A stretch of 64,000 bases of DNA, from NCBI GenBank assembly GCA_964611385.1, contig CAZSXS010000001.1:31058-95057 (forward strand). The letters are read 5' to 3'. The notes below the pieces were generated by a model that ran no database searches, had not been told where the DNA came from, and was given only the letters and a program-made list of their open reading frames with translations. How positions within the stretch are numbered: the stretch's first letter is position 1; each line of letters opens with the position of its first letter. A program made the translations under genes and the position numbers. Below are positions 8,615 through 17,691 of this stretch, piece by piece. The stretch is from an uncultured Defluviitaleaceae bacterium. Its GTDB lineage: Bacteria > Bacillota > Clostridia > Lachnospirales > CAYPQA01.

Positions 8615-9364
8615 CTATTGGATTGCTTTTAGAAAATCAAGCATCAGAGTATTGACTTCCTTTGCTTGTTCAGTAGGCATGTGAGGCCGATGGCTACCAT
8701 TTGGGATTGAGACTATTTGGGCATGTGGACAACGTTTTTGCACATCCTCCAAACGCTTTGGAGAGGCAAAAGGATCCTTTTCGCCCCCCAAGAATAGCAA
8801 GGGCATGGTGAGTTTTCGCCAGTCATCATCCGATAACTTTGGATACAAGCGCCAATCTTGAACGCTCTGCCTCATGTGCTGTTTCCAATCTCCACCATGT
8901 GCATCAAGGTGCAGCGATTTTATGCGATCAATAAAGTCAAATTGATTTTTTCTGATAAGCGCTTCTGGTTCATATTCATCTGCACCTGTTGGATCAGCCA
9001 CGCCTGAACAGCCAATAGTTATTATACTTCGCACAATTTCAGGCTGTTTTGCAGCCATATGAAGAGCAACGCCGCCACCCAAGCTATAGCCAATCAGGTG
9101 AACTTTTTCTATGCCTAGTGAATCCAAAAAATCGGTCATGTCATCGGCTATGCTTGGCGTATCCCACTCTTTTGAATCGCTGTGCGTTCGCCCATGTCCG
9201 CGAAAATCAGGGAGTAAGCAGCGATAGCGATGGAAAAATGGCTGTATCTGTCCAGAAAAAGCAAGAATACCCCGACTGAATCCGCTATGTAGAAAGAGAA
9301 TCGCTTCACCTATGCCGACATCTTCATAAAAGATAGAGCAATCTCTTACTTGTTGGTACGGCAT
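8615..9364 (-). CDS. alpha/beta hydrolase
   Basis: Nucleophile elbow GYSLGG, an HSGF oxyanion region, and a C-terminal GSHRPH histidine. Confidence 0.85.
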   Translation of the reverse strand: MPYQQVRDCSIFYEDVGIGEAILFLHSGFSRGILAFSGQIQPFFHRYRCLLPDFRGHGRTHSDSKEWDTPSIADDMTDFLDSLGIEKVHLIGYSLGGGVALHMAAKQPEIVRSIITIGCSGVADPTGADEYEPEALIRKNQFDFIDRIKSLHLDAHGGDWKQHMRQSVQDWRLYPKLSDDDWRKLTMPLLFLGGEKDPFASPKRLEDVQKRCPHAQIVSIPNGSHRPHMPTEQAKEVNTLMLDFLKAIQ

Positions 9365-9368
9365 TCAC

Positions 9369-9800
9369 CTATTCCTCCAAATCCCTTACTTGAAACAAGT
9401 GCTTCTGTAGCCCATGGTAATAGTTGCCTTCCTCGGCAGTAAAACGAAGTATGCAGTAGTCTGGGTCTGTAGCGCCAAGAGGGTAATATTGCTTGTCTTC
9501 TTCCTGCCAAAAAGCCTGCTTTGTTTCTTTGTCAGTGCATACCTGCATATGTCCTGTCAACATCAATCCATGAAAATCTTTTGGATCAACAAAATAAATA
9601 CAGGCTTGCGGGCGCTCAAGCCATTGCCCTGTACGTATGGCTGAAACATTGGTTGAAAACCAAAATTCTTTCAGACCATCTTGTTTACGAACCAGCATCG
9701 TTTTAGCATTCGGAAACCCCTTATTGTCAATAGAACAAACAGTTGCGTCCCTGCTCCCTTTAACCAAATGAATAATGTCTTGTTTTACTTGCGTGTTCAA
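9369..9800 (-). CDS. pyridoxamine 5'-phosphate oxidase family (split-barrel flavoprotein) protein
   Basis: 143-aa ORF with a TTG start 7 nt after GGAGG. General PNPOx-like pattern (NKGFPNAKTM...FSTN...). Tightly packed after the marR gene. Confidence 0.55.
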   Translation of the reverse strand: MNTQVKQDIIHLVKGSRDATVCSIDNKGFPNAKTMLVRKQDGLKEFWFSTNVSAIRTGQWLERPQACIYFVDPKDFHGLMLTGHMQVCTDKETKQAFWQEEDKQYYPLGATDPDYCILRFTAEEGNYYHGLQKHLFQVRDLEE

Positions 9801-9802
9801 CG

Positions 9803-10237
9803 TCAGACCTCCTCGTTTTCTAAGTTTTTTATGATTTTTCTAAGGTGCTGCTCAAAGATAGTAATTTCATCTTCACTAAAATCAAGATAGAACAAGGCAT
9901 TCATTCGTTCTGACACTGCATCGTACTGTTCACGATACTGCTTCGCCTTTTCTGTGATCGTAACAAAAATTTGTCGCCGATTTTGCTTGTCAGGAATACG
10001 CTCAATAAGTCCGCTGGCTTCCATCCGATCCAACATGCTTGTAAGTGTGGTTTTTGCCAAAGAAGTTAGCTGACCGATTTGGGAAATCGTAAGCTTCTCA
10101 TATTCCCAAAGCACGTAAAGTATTCTGCCCTGTGCGCCGTTAAAGGCTTCAATGTTGCTCTCCTTTAGCATCTTTTCAAAAACCCTGCCTTGAAGCTGCC
10201 GTATTTGAGAAATTAAAAATCCACCATATGTTTTCAT
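9803..10237 (-). CDS. MarR family transcriptional regulator
   Basis: 144 aa with a winged-HTH core (LTISQIGQLTSLAKTTLTSMLDRMEASGLIERIPDKQNRRQ). A palindromic operator lies in its promoter. Confidence 0.85.
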   Translation of the reverse strand: MKTYGGFLISQIRQLQGRVFEKMLKESNIEAFNGAQGRILYVLWEYEKLTISQIGQLTSLAKTTLTSMLDRMEASGLIERIPDKQNRRQIFVTITEKAKQYREQYDAVSERMNALFYLDFSEDEITIFEQHLRKIIKNLENEEV

Positions 10238-10262
10238 AGCATCACCTCTCTATGTAGTATAG

Positions 10263-10317
10263 TACCATATGGTATAATCGTCAAGCACTTTGCCTAAGTT
10301 TTTAGTGGATAGGCAAA
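10263..10317. promoter_or_regulatory. putative MarR operator palindromes in the marR / 10343-gene divergent region
   Basis: Perfect 12-bp palindrome TACCATATGGTA (10263-10274) overlapping a TATAAT. Second inverted repeat TTTGCCTA...TAGGCAAA (10289-10296 / 10310-10317). Confidence 0.5.
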
Positions 10318-10342
10318 ATAGAATGAAAATAATGAGGTCAAT

Positions 10343-11401
10343 ATGAAAGAGCAATCGGTCTTTGTACTGTTTTTCCTCGCTATCCTTTTCATGAACAAAG
10401 TAAATACTACAGCCTCAGATTATGTCTATGACTATGAGGCGTATTCCACGCGCTTAGAAGCAATCAACACAATTGCAGACGCAAAAAAAGCCGGATATGA
10501 ACTGTCAAGTATGACTTTAAAAATTGGGGATTTTGTATTCACTGAAAAAGAGAATGAATGTACGATCTATGCGACAGTAAACAAGCAGTTTGGCAGAGTG
10601 GCATTGTTTATTGCAGATGAAACGGATAAGGTGCTGTATAAAACAGAGGATATTGAGTGCAATTATTTCTATAGGGATTCTATCAACCAACCCAATATCA
10701 ATATTGCCGCAATTGCGATAAGAGATATCAATGATGATGGGCTTCAAGATATCGTCATCATCAGCCGTTGCTTGGTGGATGGGATTCAATTTAAAATCGG
10801 TGAGATTTTGTTTCGGGGAGAAGACCGGTTTTACCGCGACTGGCGTATCAGTGACAAGATCAACCGCTTTAGCATGAACAAGGACTTGGACATGATGACG
10901 GCCTTTGCACGTGATCAACAATCTGCTGAATTTTTATACCGTGCTTCAACCTTGGAAGAGCTTACTAGGAGCGGTTTCGTTTCACTTGTTGATCAGACAT
11001 TTGACGCTGATTTTGAGAAGTTTGGTACAGTGAAGGTTGTTCCTGGGACGTATACGATGGGAGGGCATCACATTTTTATGATCTACCTTGTCAACAGCGA
11101 TGGGCGTGTCATTTGGAATTTCCAATGTATGCGGGACTATGACAATTTCAGTACGATGACTGGGATCTCCTTTAAGGATGTTGACGGAGATGGCTGGGCC
11201 GATCTCTCAGTCCTTGCAAAGTATAAATTTCTTGGAGATGACAACCAAACCTATTCTGCCACAGATTTTTCGATTTACTATCAGCGGAATGGATATTTTT
11301 TTGAGGACAAGGATTTCCATTCTTCATTCTTTCAGGAACTGACAAGGAAAGAGCTTATGGATGATATCGTGCAGGCAGCACGCAGATATTGGGGGTGGTA
11401 G
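10343..11401 (+). CDS. exported protein with FG-GAP/VCBS-like calcium-binding motifs
   Basis: N-terminal signal sequence and two DxDxDG-type loops (DINDDGLQD, DVDGDGWAD). It is the first gene of the two-component operon. Confidence 0.5.
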   Translation: MKEQSVFVLFFLAILFMNKVNTTASDYVYDYEAYSTRLEAINTIADAKKAGYELSSMTLKIGDFVFTEKENECTIYATVNKQFGRVALFIADETDKVLYKTEDIECNYFYRDSINQPNINIAAIAIRDINDDGLQDIVIISRCLVDGIQFKIGEILFRGEDRFYRDWRISDKINRFSMNKDLDMMTAFARDQQSAEFLYRASTLEELTRSGFVSLVDQTFDADFEKFGTVKVVPGTYTMGGHHIFMIYLVNSDGRVIWNFQCMRDYDNFSTMTGISFKDVDGDGWADLSVLAKYKFLGDDNQTYSATDFSIYYQRNGYFFEDKDFHSSFFQELTRKELMDDIVQAARRYWGW

Positions 11402-11406
11402 ATCAA

Positions 11407-12066
11407 ATGATAAAGGTATTAATTGTTGAAGATGAAAAGCCAATTCGAGACTTAATTGATATTCAGCTATCAAATGCAGGATATTCATGCACGGCCGTTG
11501 GTGATGGCATGGAAGCGGCTGATTTGATTGAAGCAAAGAAGTTTGATTTGATTTTGCTGGATATCATGCTTCCGGGGGTGAACGGATATGAGCTGATGGA
11601 ATATATACGCCCGACGGGTGTTCCTGTTATTTTTTTGACGGCAAAGCACGAGGTGCGTGATCGTGTGAAGGGCTTACGGCTGGGTGCGGATGATTACATT
11701 GTTAAGCCTTTTGATATTGTGGAATTATTAGCCAGAGTGGAAACTGTGTTGCGGCGTTATCATAAGTCCGATCACGTTGCGGAAATTGAAGGCATTCAGA
11801 TCAATTTGGATGCCCATATTGCGTATAAAAACGGGCAAAAAATTGATTTGACCGCTAAGGAGTTTGCCTTGTTAAGTTTGTTTATGCGGAATAAGAACAT
11901 TGCTCTATACCGTGAAACTTTATATGAAAAAGTGTGGGAGGGGGATTTTTGCGGGGATAGCCGAACCATTGATTTGCATGTGCAGCGCCTACGAAAAAAG
12001 CTTGGCTGGGAGCATTGCCTTGTTACCGTATACAAAATCGGATACCGACTAGAGGTGCCTAAATGA
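11407..12066 (+). CDS. OmpR-family response regulator
   Basis: Receiver domain (VEDE...LLDIMLPG..K) plus a winged-helix trans_reg_C domain (LTAKEFALL...VYKIGYRL). The ATG at 11407 gives the canonical MIKVLIVEDE N-terminus. Confidence 0.9.
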   Translation: MIKVLIVEDEKPIRDLIDIQLSNAGYSCTAVGDGMEAADLIEAKKFDLILLDIMLPGVNGYELMEYIRPTGVPVIFLTAKHEVRDRVKGLRLGADDYIVKPFDIVELLARVETVLRRYHKSDHVAEIEGIQINLDAHIAYKNGQKIDLTAKEFALLSLFMRNKNIALYRETLYEKVWEGDFCGDSRTIDLHVQRLRKKLGWEHCLVTVYKIGYRLEVPK

Positions 12067-13523
12067 AGTTTTCATGGAAGCTGTTTATGTGTACAATTTC
12101 AATCGTGGCAATCACCTTGGCATTTGGAGGGAATTATATCGTTAATTCCTTCTTCAGATCGGCCCTATCAAGAGAAACCAAGCAAGCGCTTGATGAAAGC
12201 GGCATGATTCGCTTTGCCTTCGAGACTGCAACGCTGAATATTCCTTCGAAATATGAACATCTTCAAGACCAGACCATTGCGCAAATTGGAGCGACCCTAG
12301 ATACAGGAGCGCAGAATCGATACATCAGAATCAGCGCGGAAAATGCGGATATGCTTTATGAAAGTGATGCATTTTGCGTGGATGATACTATTTTGAGTTC
12401 TGCTTCCAGCAAAGAGATCGCCTATAAAATTACAGCTGTAAATGAGAATTATTACATACAAACTGCCCTTAAGGTGAATACAGTCGACCGTGAAATTTAT
12501 CTTGAAACGCTAAAAAACATAACGACTATATTTGATGAACGTGCAGCCGGTTTTTTGGTCTATAAACAGCTTTGCATCATTGTGCTGTTATGCGAGGGCT
12601 TAATCATCTTCTTGCTTTCACGCTGGCTAACGCATCCGGTTCGATTGATTTCAACTGCAACAAGAAATATGGCCAAGGGGGAGTATAGTTATCGGGCTAA
12701 AAAGGTCAGTAATGATGAGCTTGGCTGGCTGACAGATAACTTTAATCAAATGGCGGGGGCCTTAGAAGAGCAGGTCGAGAAACTAAAGGAAGCGGCGCGG
12801 TCACAAGAGGAATTTGTTGGGGCGTTTGCGCATGAATTAAAGACCCCACTTACTGCAATCATAGGATATGCGGATATGCTTCGTTCTCAAAAACTAGATG
12901 AGGAAAAACTCATGCTATCGGCAGATTATATTTACCAAGAAGGCCGAAGGCTTGAAAAATTATCCTTCAATCTACTTGACATTATCGTTTTAAAACATGT
13001 CAATAAGCCCTCGTCCATATTCCTTGCCAGTACGCTATTTGAATATATAAAGGATACGTTTTCGAAAAGCAAGATTCGATTGACCTTAGCGTATGAGGAG
13101 AGCCCGATTGTTGGGGATTTGGTTCTGATTAAAACGTTATTAACGAATCTAATTGATAATGCCATTAAGGCCTCGAAGCCAGAAGACGCGATCCTGTTAA
13201 ACGGAGGGACAAGCCACAATCAATATATCTTTACCGTCAAAGATCATGGCTGCGGCATTTCGCCTGAGGATTTGGATAAGGTGACAAAAGCCTTCTACAT
13301 GGCGGACAAATCGCGCTCTCGAAGCCGCCATGGTGCTGGGCTTGGTCTTACCTTATGCCTTGAAATTGCGCGTTTGCACGGAAGTGAGTTAAAGATCGAA
13401 AGCGTAGTGGGTCTTGGAACCAGCATAAGCTTTGCGCTTGACATGGGCTTGCTTGACACAGGCTTTCTTGATATGGGCTCTTTTGATACAGACGGCACAA
13501 GGGAGAAGGGAGGACGGCATTGA
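12063..13523 (+). CDS. sensor histidine kinase (HAMP-HisKA-HATPase)
   Basis: Two TM segments and a HAMP domain. H-box FAHELKTPLT, N-box LIDNAIKAS, G-boxes DHGCGI and GAGLGL. ATGA overlap with the regulator gene. Confidence 0.9.
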   Translation: MKFSWKLFMCTISIVAITLAFGGNYIVNSFFRSALSRETKQALDESGMIRFAFETATLNIPSKYEHLQDQTIAQIGATLDTGAQNRYIRISAENADMLYESDAFCVDDTILSSASSKEIAYKITAVNENYYIQTALKVNTVDREIYLETLKNITTIFDERAAGFLVYKQLCIIVLLCEGLIIFLLSRWLTHPVRLISTATRNMAKGEYSYRAKKVSNDELGWLTDNFNQMAGALEEQVEKLKEAARSQEEFVGAFAHELKTPLTAIIGYADMLRSQKLDEEKLMLSADYIYQEGRRLEKLSFNLLDIIVLKHVNKPSSIFLASTLFEYIKDTFSKSKIRLTLAYEESPIVGDLVLIKTLLTNLIDNAIKASKPEDAILLNGGTSHNQYIFTVKDHGCGISPEDLDKVTKAFYMADKSRSRSRHGAGLGLTLCLEIARLHGSELKIESVVGLGTSISFALDMGLLDTGFLDMGSFDTDGTREKGGRH

Positions 13524-14359
13524 GTAAACAAATTGCGGCTTTGCTATTGGTCATAACGGTGATCCTGCTGTCTATATTCTTACCGGCAGAATTAGCAAGG
13601 GTTTATGACCATTCCATACTTGACACAGTTCAAAAAGAAAATGGCGACAACTCCCCTGAGAGCTTCCGCTATTCCTTAACAAGCCCACAGCGTCTTTACG
13701 TTCTATCAATGGCGCTTAATAATCATAATATTTTGCAAAGCGATTACGCTGCCTCCTTACGTGAAAAGGCCATCCGAACCAATCGAAATGATACCGTGGC
13801 CTCCTTTGCTTATGTTGAAAACGGATATGGCTTGCTGAAAAATGAATTGGATGCCGAAAAGGCTATGGAAATCTGTACTTCTGAATTGTCTTTCATCTTA
13901 AAGGACGGACTTGGAATGGATGACTTTGAAATGGATCGCTTTGAAATCAAAAATCCTTGTCGGCAAACGCTCTACTCTGCCGTGGATATGCTCGAGCCTC
14001 AGAAAAGCGTATCAGTATGGCAAATCGAATATGACAGCGTTCTGCCCCCTGATGCTTCTCCCTTTTCTTTGATCGAAGCCCATGTCGATGCGGAAACAGG
14101 AAAGCTGTACAGCTTTTCTTTCCGTACAGATACCCTTATCAAGACCCTTACCGATTTTGATGCCGACAAACTTGCAAAAGCGTGGTTAAGCCGCCTTAAC
14201 ATTACAGCGTTCAGCGATATAACCGAAAACAGCCCTCTTGCCGAAACAGCCAAGCAGTATAAGAAGTTTGCAACAGAGGGAATGAATACTGAAAAGACGG
14301 TCTTTACAGTGGGCTTTTACGAAGGGATAAATGAGGTTTTTGTTCGGATAACCAATTAG
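13520..14359 (+). CDS. membrane-anchored PepSY-like protein
   Basis: TTG start after GGGAGG overlaps the kinase stop. N-terminal TM anchor. A VDAETGKLYSF segment resembles PepSY-type domains. Confidence 0.45.
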   Translation: MSKQIAALLLVITVILLSIFLPAELARVYDHSILDTVQKENGDNSPESFRYSLTSPQRLYVLSMALNNHNILQSDYAASLREKAIRTNRNDTVASFAYVENGYGLLKNELDAEKAMEICTSELSFILKDGLGMDDFEMDRFEIKNPCRQTLYSAVDMLEPQKSVSVWQIEYDSVLPPDASPFSLIEAHVDAETGKLYSFSFRTDTLIKTLTDFDADKLAKAWLSRLNITAFSDITENSPLAETAKQYKKFATEGMNTEKTVFTVGFYEGINEVFVRITN

Positions 14360-14413
14360 CATAGAATTCAGATAACCAATTAACATGATAAAAAAGGGCA
14401 ACAAGCTGGAAAC

Positions 14414-14455
14414 CAAAAAAAGAGTAGCGCAGAGGAATGCACTACTCTTTTTTTA
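14414..14455. terminator. bidirectional terminator after the two-component operon
   Basis: AAAAAAAGAGTAG...CTACTCTTTTTTT. Confidence 0.8.
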
Positions 14456-14487
14456 GTTTCTTTATAAAGACAACCGATAGCATGGAG

Positions 14488-14590
14488 GTTATACTCAGTC
14501 TCTTAAGCACTTACCAAACCGCCATCATTCGACCTGCTTAAATTATATTTTTTTGTGTGGCGGCTTTGCAAAGCTGAACGTGACTGAGGT
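14488..14590 (+). repeat. R1 repeat, compact full copy
   Basis: Left arm GTTATACTCAGTCTCTTAAGCACTTACCAAACCGCCA, 33-nt interior, right arm TGGCGGCTTTGCAAAGCTGAACGTGACTGAGG. The outer 8 bp and inner 6 bp pair perfectly. Confidence 0.85.
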
Positions 14591-15343
14591 TAAATAGAAT
14601 GAAACTGTGCTTACTAAACATACAAAAAATACGATTTGTGCATAGGCCAGAAATCCTTCGGCGTTATTGTTATACGCTCTATTGAGCAGGGGGATGCCCA
14701 GCCCAATCAGTAAATACCAAAACAGAACGGGTATGAGCTTAAAGCCAGAGCGAAACCCTTTGTTCGTTATTCCACTTCCCGCAAAGATTTTGGTGATATA
14801 GTTCACAATTTTATAAATCAAGCATAAGCATACAAAATAAACGGAAGTTCCGATGAGGGTGTGAAGCCTTTCAGGGCTAAGCAACTGGCTGTAAACGGCT
14901 GTTTGTTGAAAATAAGTCGGAAGATAAACCTCAAGATAAATTGGAAGGTAGATCGAAAGCACAATTCTAAAGCCATTGACAAAAATAGTAGCCAGAAACG
15001 AAAGCCCAATACTGAATATCGTCCAATAAATTCGCTTTGCCATTGTCCCCATCCGATGGACAAACGAGTAAAGCAGCGTTGCAAAGGTAATGAGCATAAA
15101 TTGAACGCCCGAGCAGGATGTTGCAAGTATAAACCGAAAGGAATGGTTGACATATCCGATGTGGGTTTCCTTTTCAAAGCCTATGCCGCTTATGATTTTG
15201 ACCCACCATGCTGTGGGAGCCAAAATCCATTCAAGATCCTCACTGCTGGCATTGCTGCATTGATATTTTATTCCAAACAGGAGGATAAAGCCAAGCAGAT
15301 AGAATACCCAATTTTGCTTGAGGAATGACTGAACTTTAAGCAA
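14543..15343 (-). CDS. exosortase/archaeosortase-family transpeptidase-like membrane protein
   Basis: Polytopic membrane protein with the ordered Cys/Arg/His signature of the family: ATSCSGVQF, NGFRIVLS and ERLHTLIG. The start is translationally coupled to the upstream VIT-vWA gene. The last 15 codons are encoded by an R1 repeat. Confidence 0.7.
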   Translation of the reverse strand: MLKVQSFLKQNWVFYLLGFILLFGIKYQCSNASSEDLEWILAPTAWWVKIISGIGFEKETHIGYVNHSFRFILATSCSGVQFMLITFATLLYSFVHRMGTMAKRIYWTIFSIGLSFLATIFVNGFRIVLSIYLPIYLEVYLPTYFQQTAVYSQLLSPERLHTLIGTSVYFVCLCLIYKIVNYITKIFAGSGITNKGFRSGFKLIPVLFWYLLIGLGIPLLNRAYNNNAEGFLAYAQIVFFVCLVSTVSFYLTSVTFSFAKPPHKKI

Positions 15344-17345
15344 TTTTCTTTTTCCTCCTCAACAGCATACCCGCCATAATCATTGCCAAAACAGGAACGA
15401 TCCTTCTAGGCTCAGAGCCTGTCTTATAGCTGCCACCGACGGCAAGGTTTGACACATTGGAGGGTAAGGGCAACGCTTGCTTAACGTCTGTGCTGCTTTT
15501 ATCTTCATTTCGAATGGTTTCAGACACAGCGATAAAGGAGGTATAGGGTGTTATCATGCTGTATTTGAGTCCAATAGCGGTGACTTGTATCTTTGTTGCA
15601 TCCGCATCATTCGGATTATTATGTAACCCATAATCCGTAAGTCTTTCTACGCTTGTTCTTGCCCAAAGATACTGAATCGACGAATTTTCCTCCGAAGGCG
15701 TAACATCAGAAAACTGGAAACTTTGGTTATACGCTTGATCCCCTTGCTTTCCAGATACCTCTATGGAGCCAGTAGGCTCACCACGCCACTTTCCATATAC
15801 AAGGATTGGTTTTTGCGCAAAAAGAGTAGGCACATTTGAAGGCACTACATCGTACACTTGCAAACCATTATACTTTACTTTGATATCTGTCAAAACCGGA
15901 TACTGTATGTATGTGCGGAACCGTTCAGCCGTGCTTGCTGCCTCTTCCGAATCTATTACCACAAAGGACTCACCCATCCCAGCTTTCGCAATCCCTTCAA
16001 CAAGATAACGGTTTACCGACGAGCCTATGCCGAATGAAAAGAAATTGGTTATGCCAAGGTTATTATTGATTAGTTCAAATATTTCTTTTTCGGCGCTAAT
16101 ATAGCCGTCGGTTATCACAATTATGCTCCGAGAAATGCCCTCTTTACTTGGTATATTGATGGCTCTTTTAAGGGCAGGCGCAAGCTCTGTTCCACCGCCT
16201 CCGGGCTCTTCGTTGATCAAATTGATCGCTGCTTGTATGTTTTCCTTTGTCGCCGGTACGGATAGAGGCGACATTTGTTGTGCTGCCCCCGAAAAGAGGA
16301 TTAAATTAAAGCTGTCTGTTTCCCTGAGCTTTGAAACGAGATTTGTTATCAGTTCTTTGGCCGTGTCAAGCGGGTAGCCATACATAGAACCTGACACATC
16401 TAAGACAAAGATATATTCCCGATCGGGTACATCTTCCGTCCGGACCTGCTCCGGCGGCTGAACCATCAGCATAAAGAAGTTTTCCTTCGCCCCCTTGTTC
16501 AGCATAAGCCCGCTGCTCACTTCTTGCCCTGTCAATTTATACCTGAGTATAAAATCGCGGTTGCCAGCAAATTCTTCGGGATTGGAAAGCGTGACCTGGG
16601 CTGTTGATTCGCTGTTTCTATGTACCTCAACTTGATGGGATTTGCAACTCAAATCCCTTATAGGAACAGCGGTTGAGAGATTGACCGTAATAGTGTAGCT
16701 TCCCGAAGGTGTCTTTCCATCTTTCAGATAAGCACTTTCCACCCATTGATTCGATTCGTTTTTTGCCGCCTGACCGGCATAACGAGGCCCGACTACCGTT
16801 GGAAAAACAAATTCATATAGACCATCCGTTTGAGTAATCAACTCCGTGTAGTGTAATTCAATACGAACAGTGTCCCCCGGCATAATATTGGACACGTTCA
16901 TCGTGAACACATTCGGTCTTTCTTGTTCAAGCAATGAGGCGCTCTTTCCGTCCTTTTTGGCTTGTTCAAAGGTCTTCTTTGCTTCCTTACGCTCTTCGAT
17001 TTGGGCGGTGATTACTTCATTTCCGATTTCCATTTTCATTCCATGAACGGAAACTTTTGTTGAAGCCGGAAAAACATAGCTGGCATTGATGGGATCTTTT
17101 CCTTCATTTGCATAGGTTTGAGTAACATAGGTTTCTGCAATGACACCGTTTATGTTTGTCGAAACCTTTGTATCCTTTAAAGGAAAGCTGTCAAGCGAAG
17201 TGTTTTTTCCCTCAACAAAAAAATAGGGTGATAGGGTGGAATCTTCGGCACTACTGTTCATTTCCTTGCCATAAATGGTTGCAGATGATACAAGCAAGAT
17301 CATCACGGTTAAAAGCACACATAACCATTTCTTATTTCTTTTCAT
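15336..17345 (-). CDS. VIT + von Willebrand factor A protein with C-terminal sorting signal
   Basis: Signal peptide, VIT-like N-terminal region and a vWA MIDAS motif (LDVSGSM). The C-terminal tripartite tail is TGSEP + hydrophobic IVPVLAMIMAGMLL + RRKKK. Confidence 0.75.
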   Translation of the reverse strand: MKRNKKWLCVLLTVMILLVSSATIYGKEMNSSAEDSTLSPYFFVEGKNTSLDSFPLKDTKVSTNINGVIAETYVTQTYANEGKDPINASYVFPASTKVSVHGMKMEIGNEVITAQIEERKEAKKTFEQAKKDGKSASLLEQERPNVFTMNVSNIMPGDTVRIELHYTELITQTDGLYEFVFPTVVGPRYAGQAAKNESNQWVESAYLKDGKTPSGSYTITVNLSTAVPIRDLSCKSHQVEVHRNSESTAQVTLSNPEEFAGNRDFILRYKLTGQEVSSGLMLNKGAKENFFMLMVQPPEQVRTEDVPDREYIFVLDVSGSMYGYPLDTAKELITNLVSKLRETDSFNLILFSGAAQQMSPLSVPATKENIQAAINLINEEPGGGGTELAPALKRAINIPSKEGISRSIIVITDGYISAEKEIFELINNNLGITNFFSFGIGSSVNRYLVEGIAKAGMGESFVVIDSEEAASTAERFRTYIQYPVLTDIKVKYNGLQVYDVVPSNVPTLFAQKPILVYGKWRGEPTGSIEVSGKQGDQAYNQSFQFSDVTPSEENSSIQYLWARTSVERLTDYGLHNNPNDADATKIQVTAIGLKYSMITPYTSFIAVSETIRNEDKSSTDVKQALPLPSNVSNLAVGGSYKTGSEPRRIVPVLAMIMAGMLLRRKKKIA

Positions 17346-17691
17346 AGGAAAACCCCCTGTTTTATTTTTTTACACTATACAAAGGGAATTCATCAAAATG
17401 GTATCTAAGATGTATCAAATTTGTATCAGAACTTATTTTTTTGCAAATTTCTCAGATACTTGAAAAAATCCGCCAAATAGTATATAAATAGTTTGTCGTA
17501 CCGAAAGTTCAACAAGCAAGTGGATGAACTCAAAAGGATGGTGAACTCATGAAGAGGCATCAACGAGATAACTACTCAGTATGGTTGAGAAACCTACCGC
17601 AGGCTATACTGAGTAAAATGCACTAAATTGCGGACAGTCTCAACCGTACTTTTCAATACCCCTACCAATAATGATGAAAAGGAGTACGGTT

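Noticed and set aside
17560-17650. Inverted repeats in the ABC-exporter leader (TACTCAGTAT...ATACTGAGTA; GGTTGAGA...TCTCAACC) as a riboswitch.
   Set aside because: No match to a known class by eye. The outer repeat resembles a minimal R1 terminus, so it is more likely repeat-derived. It is mentioned under the R1 finding only.
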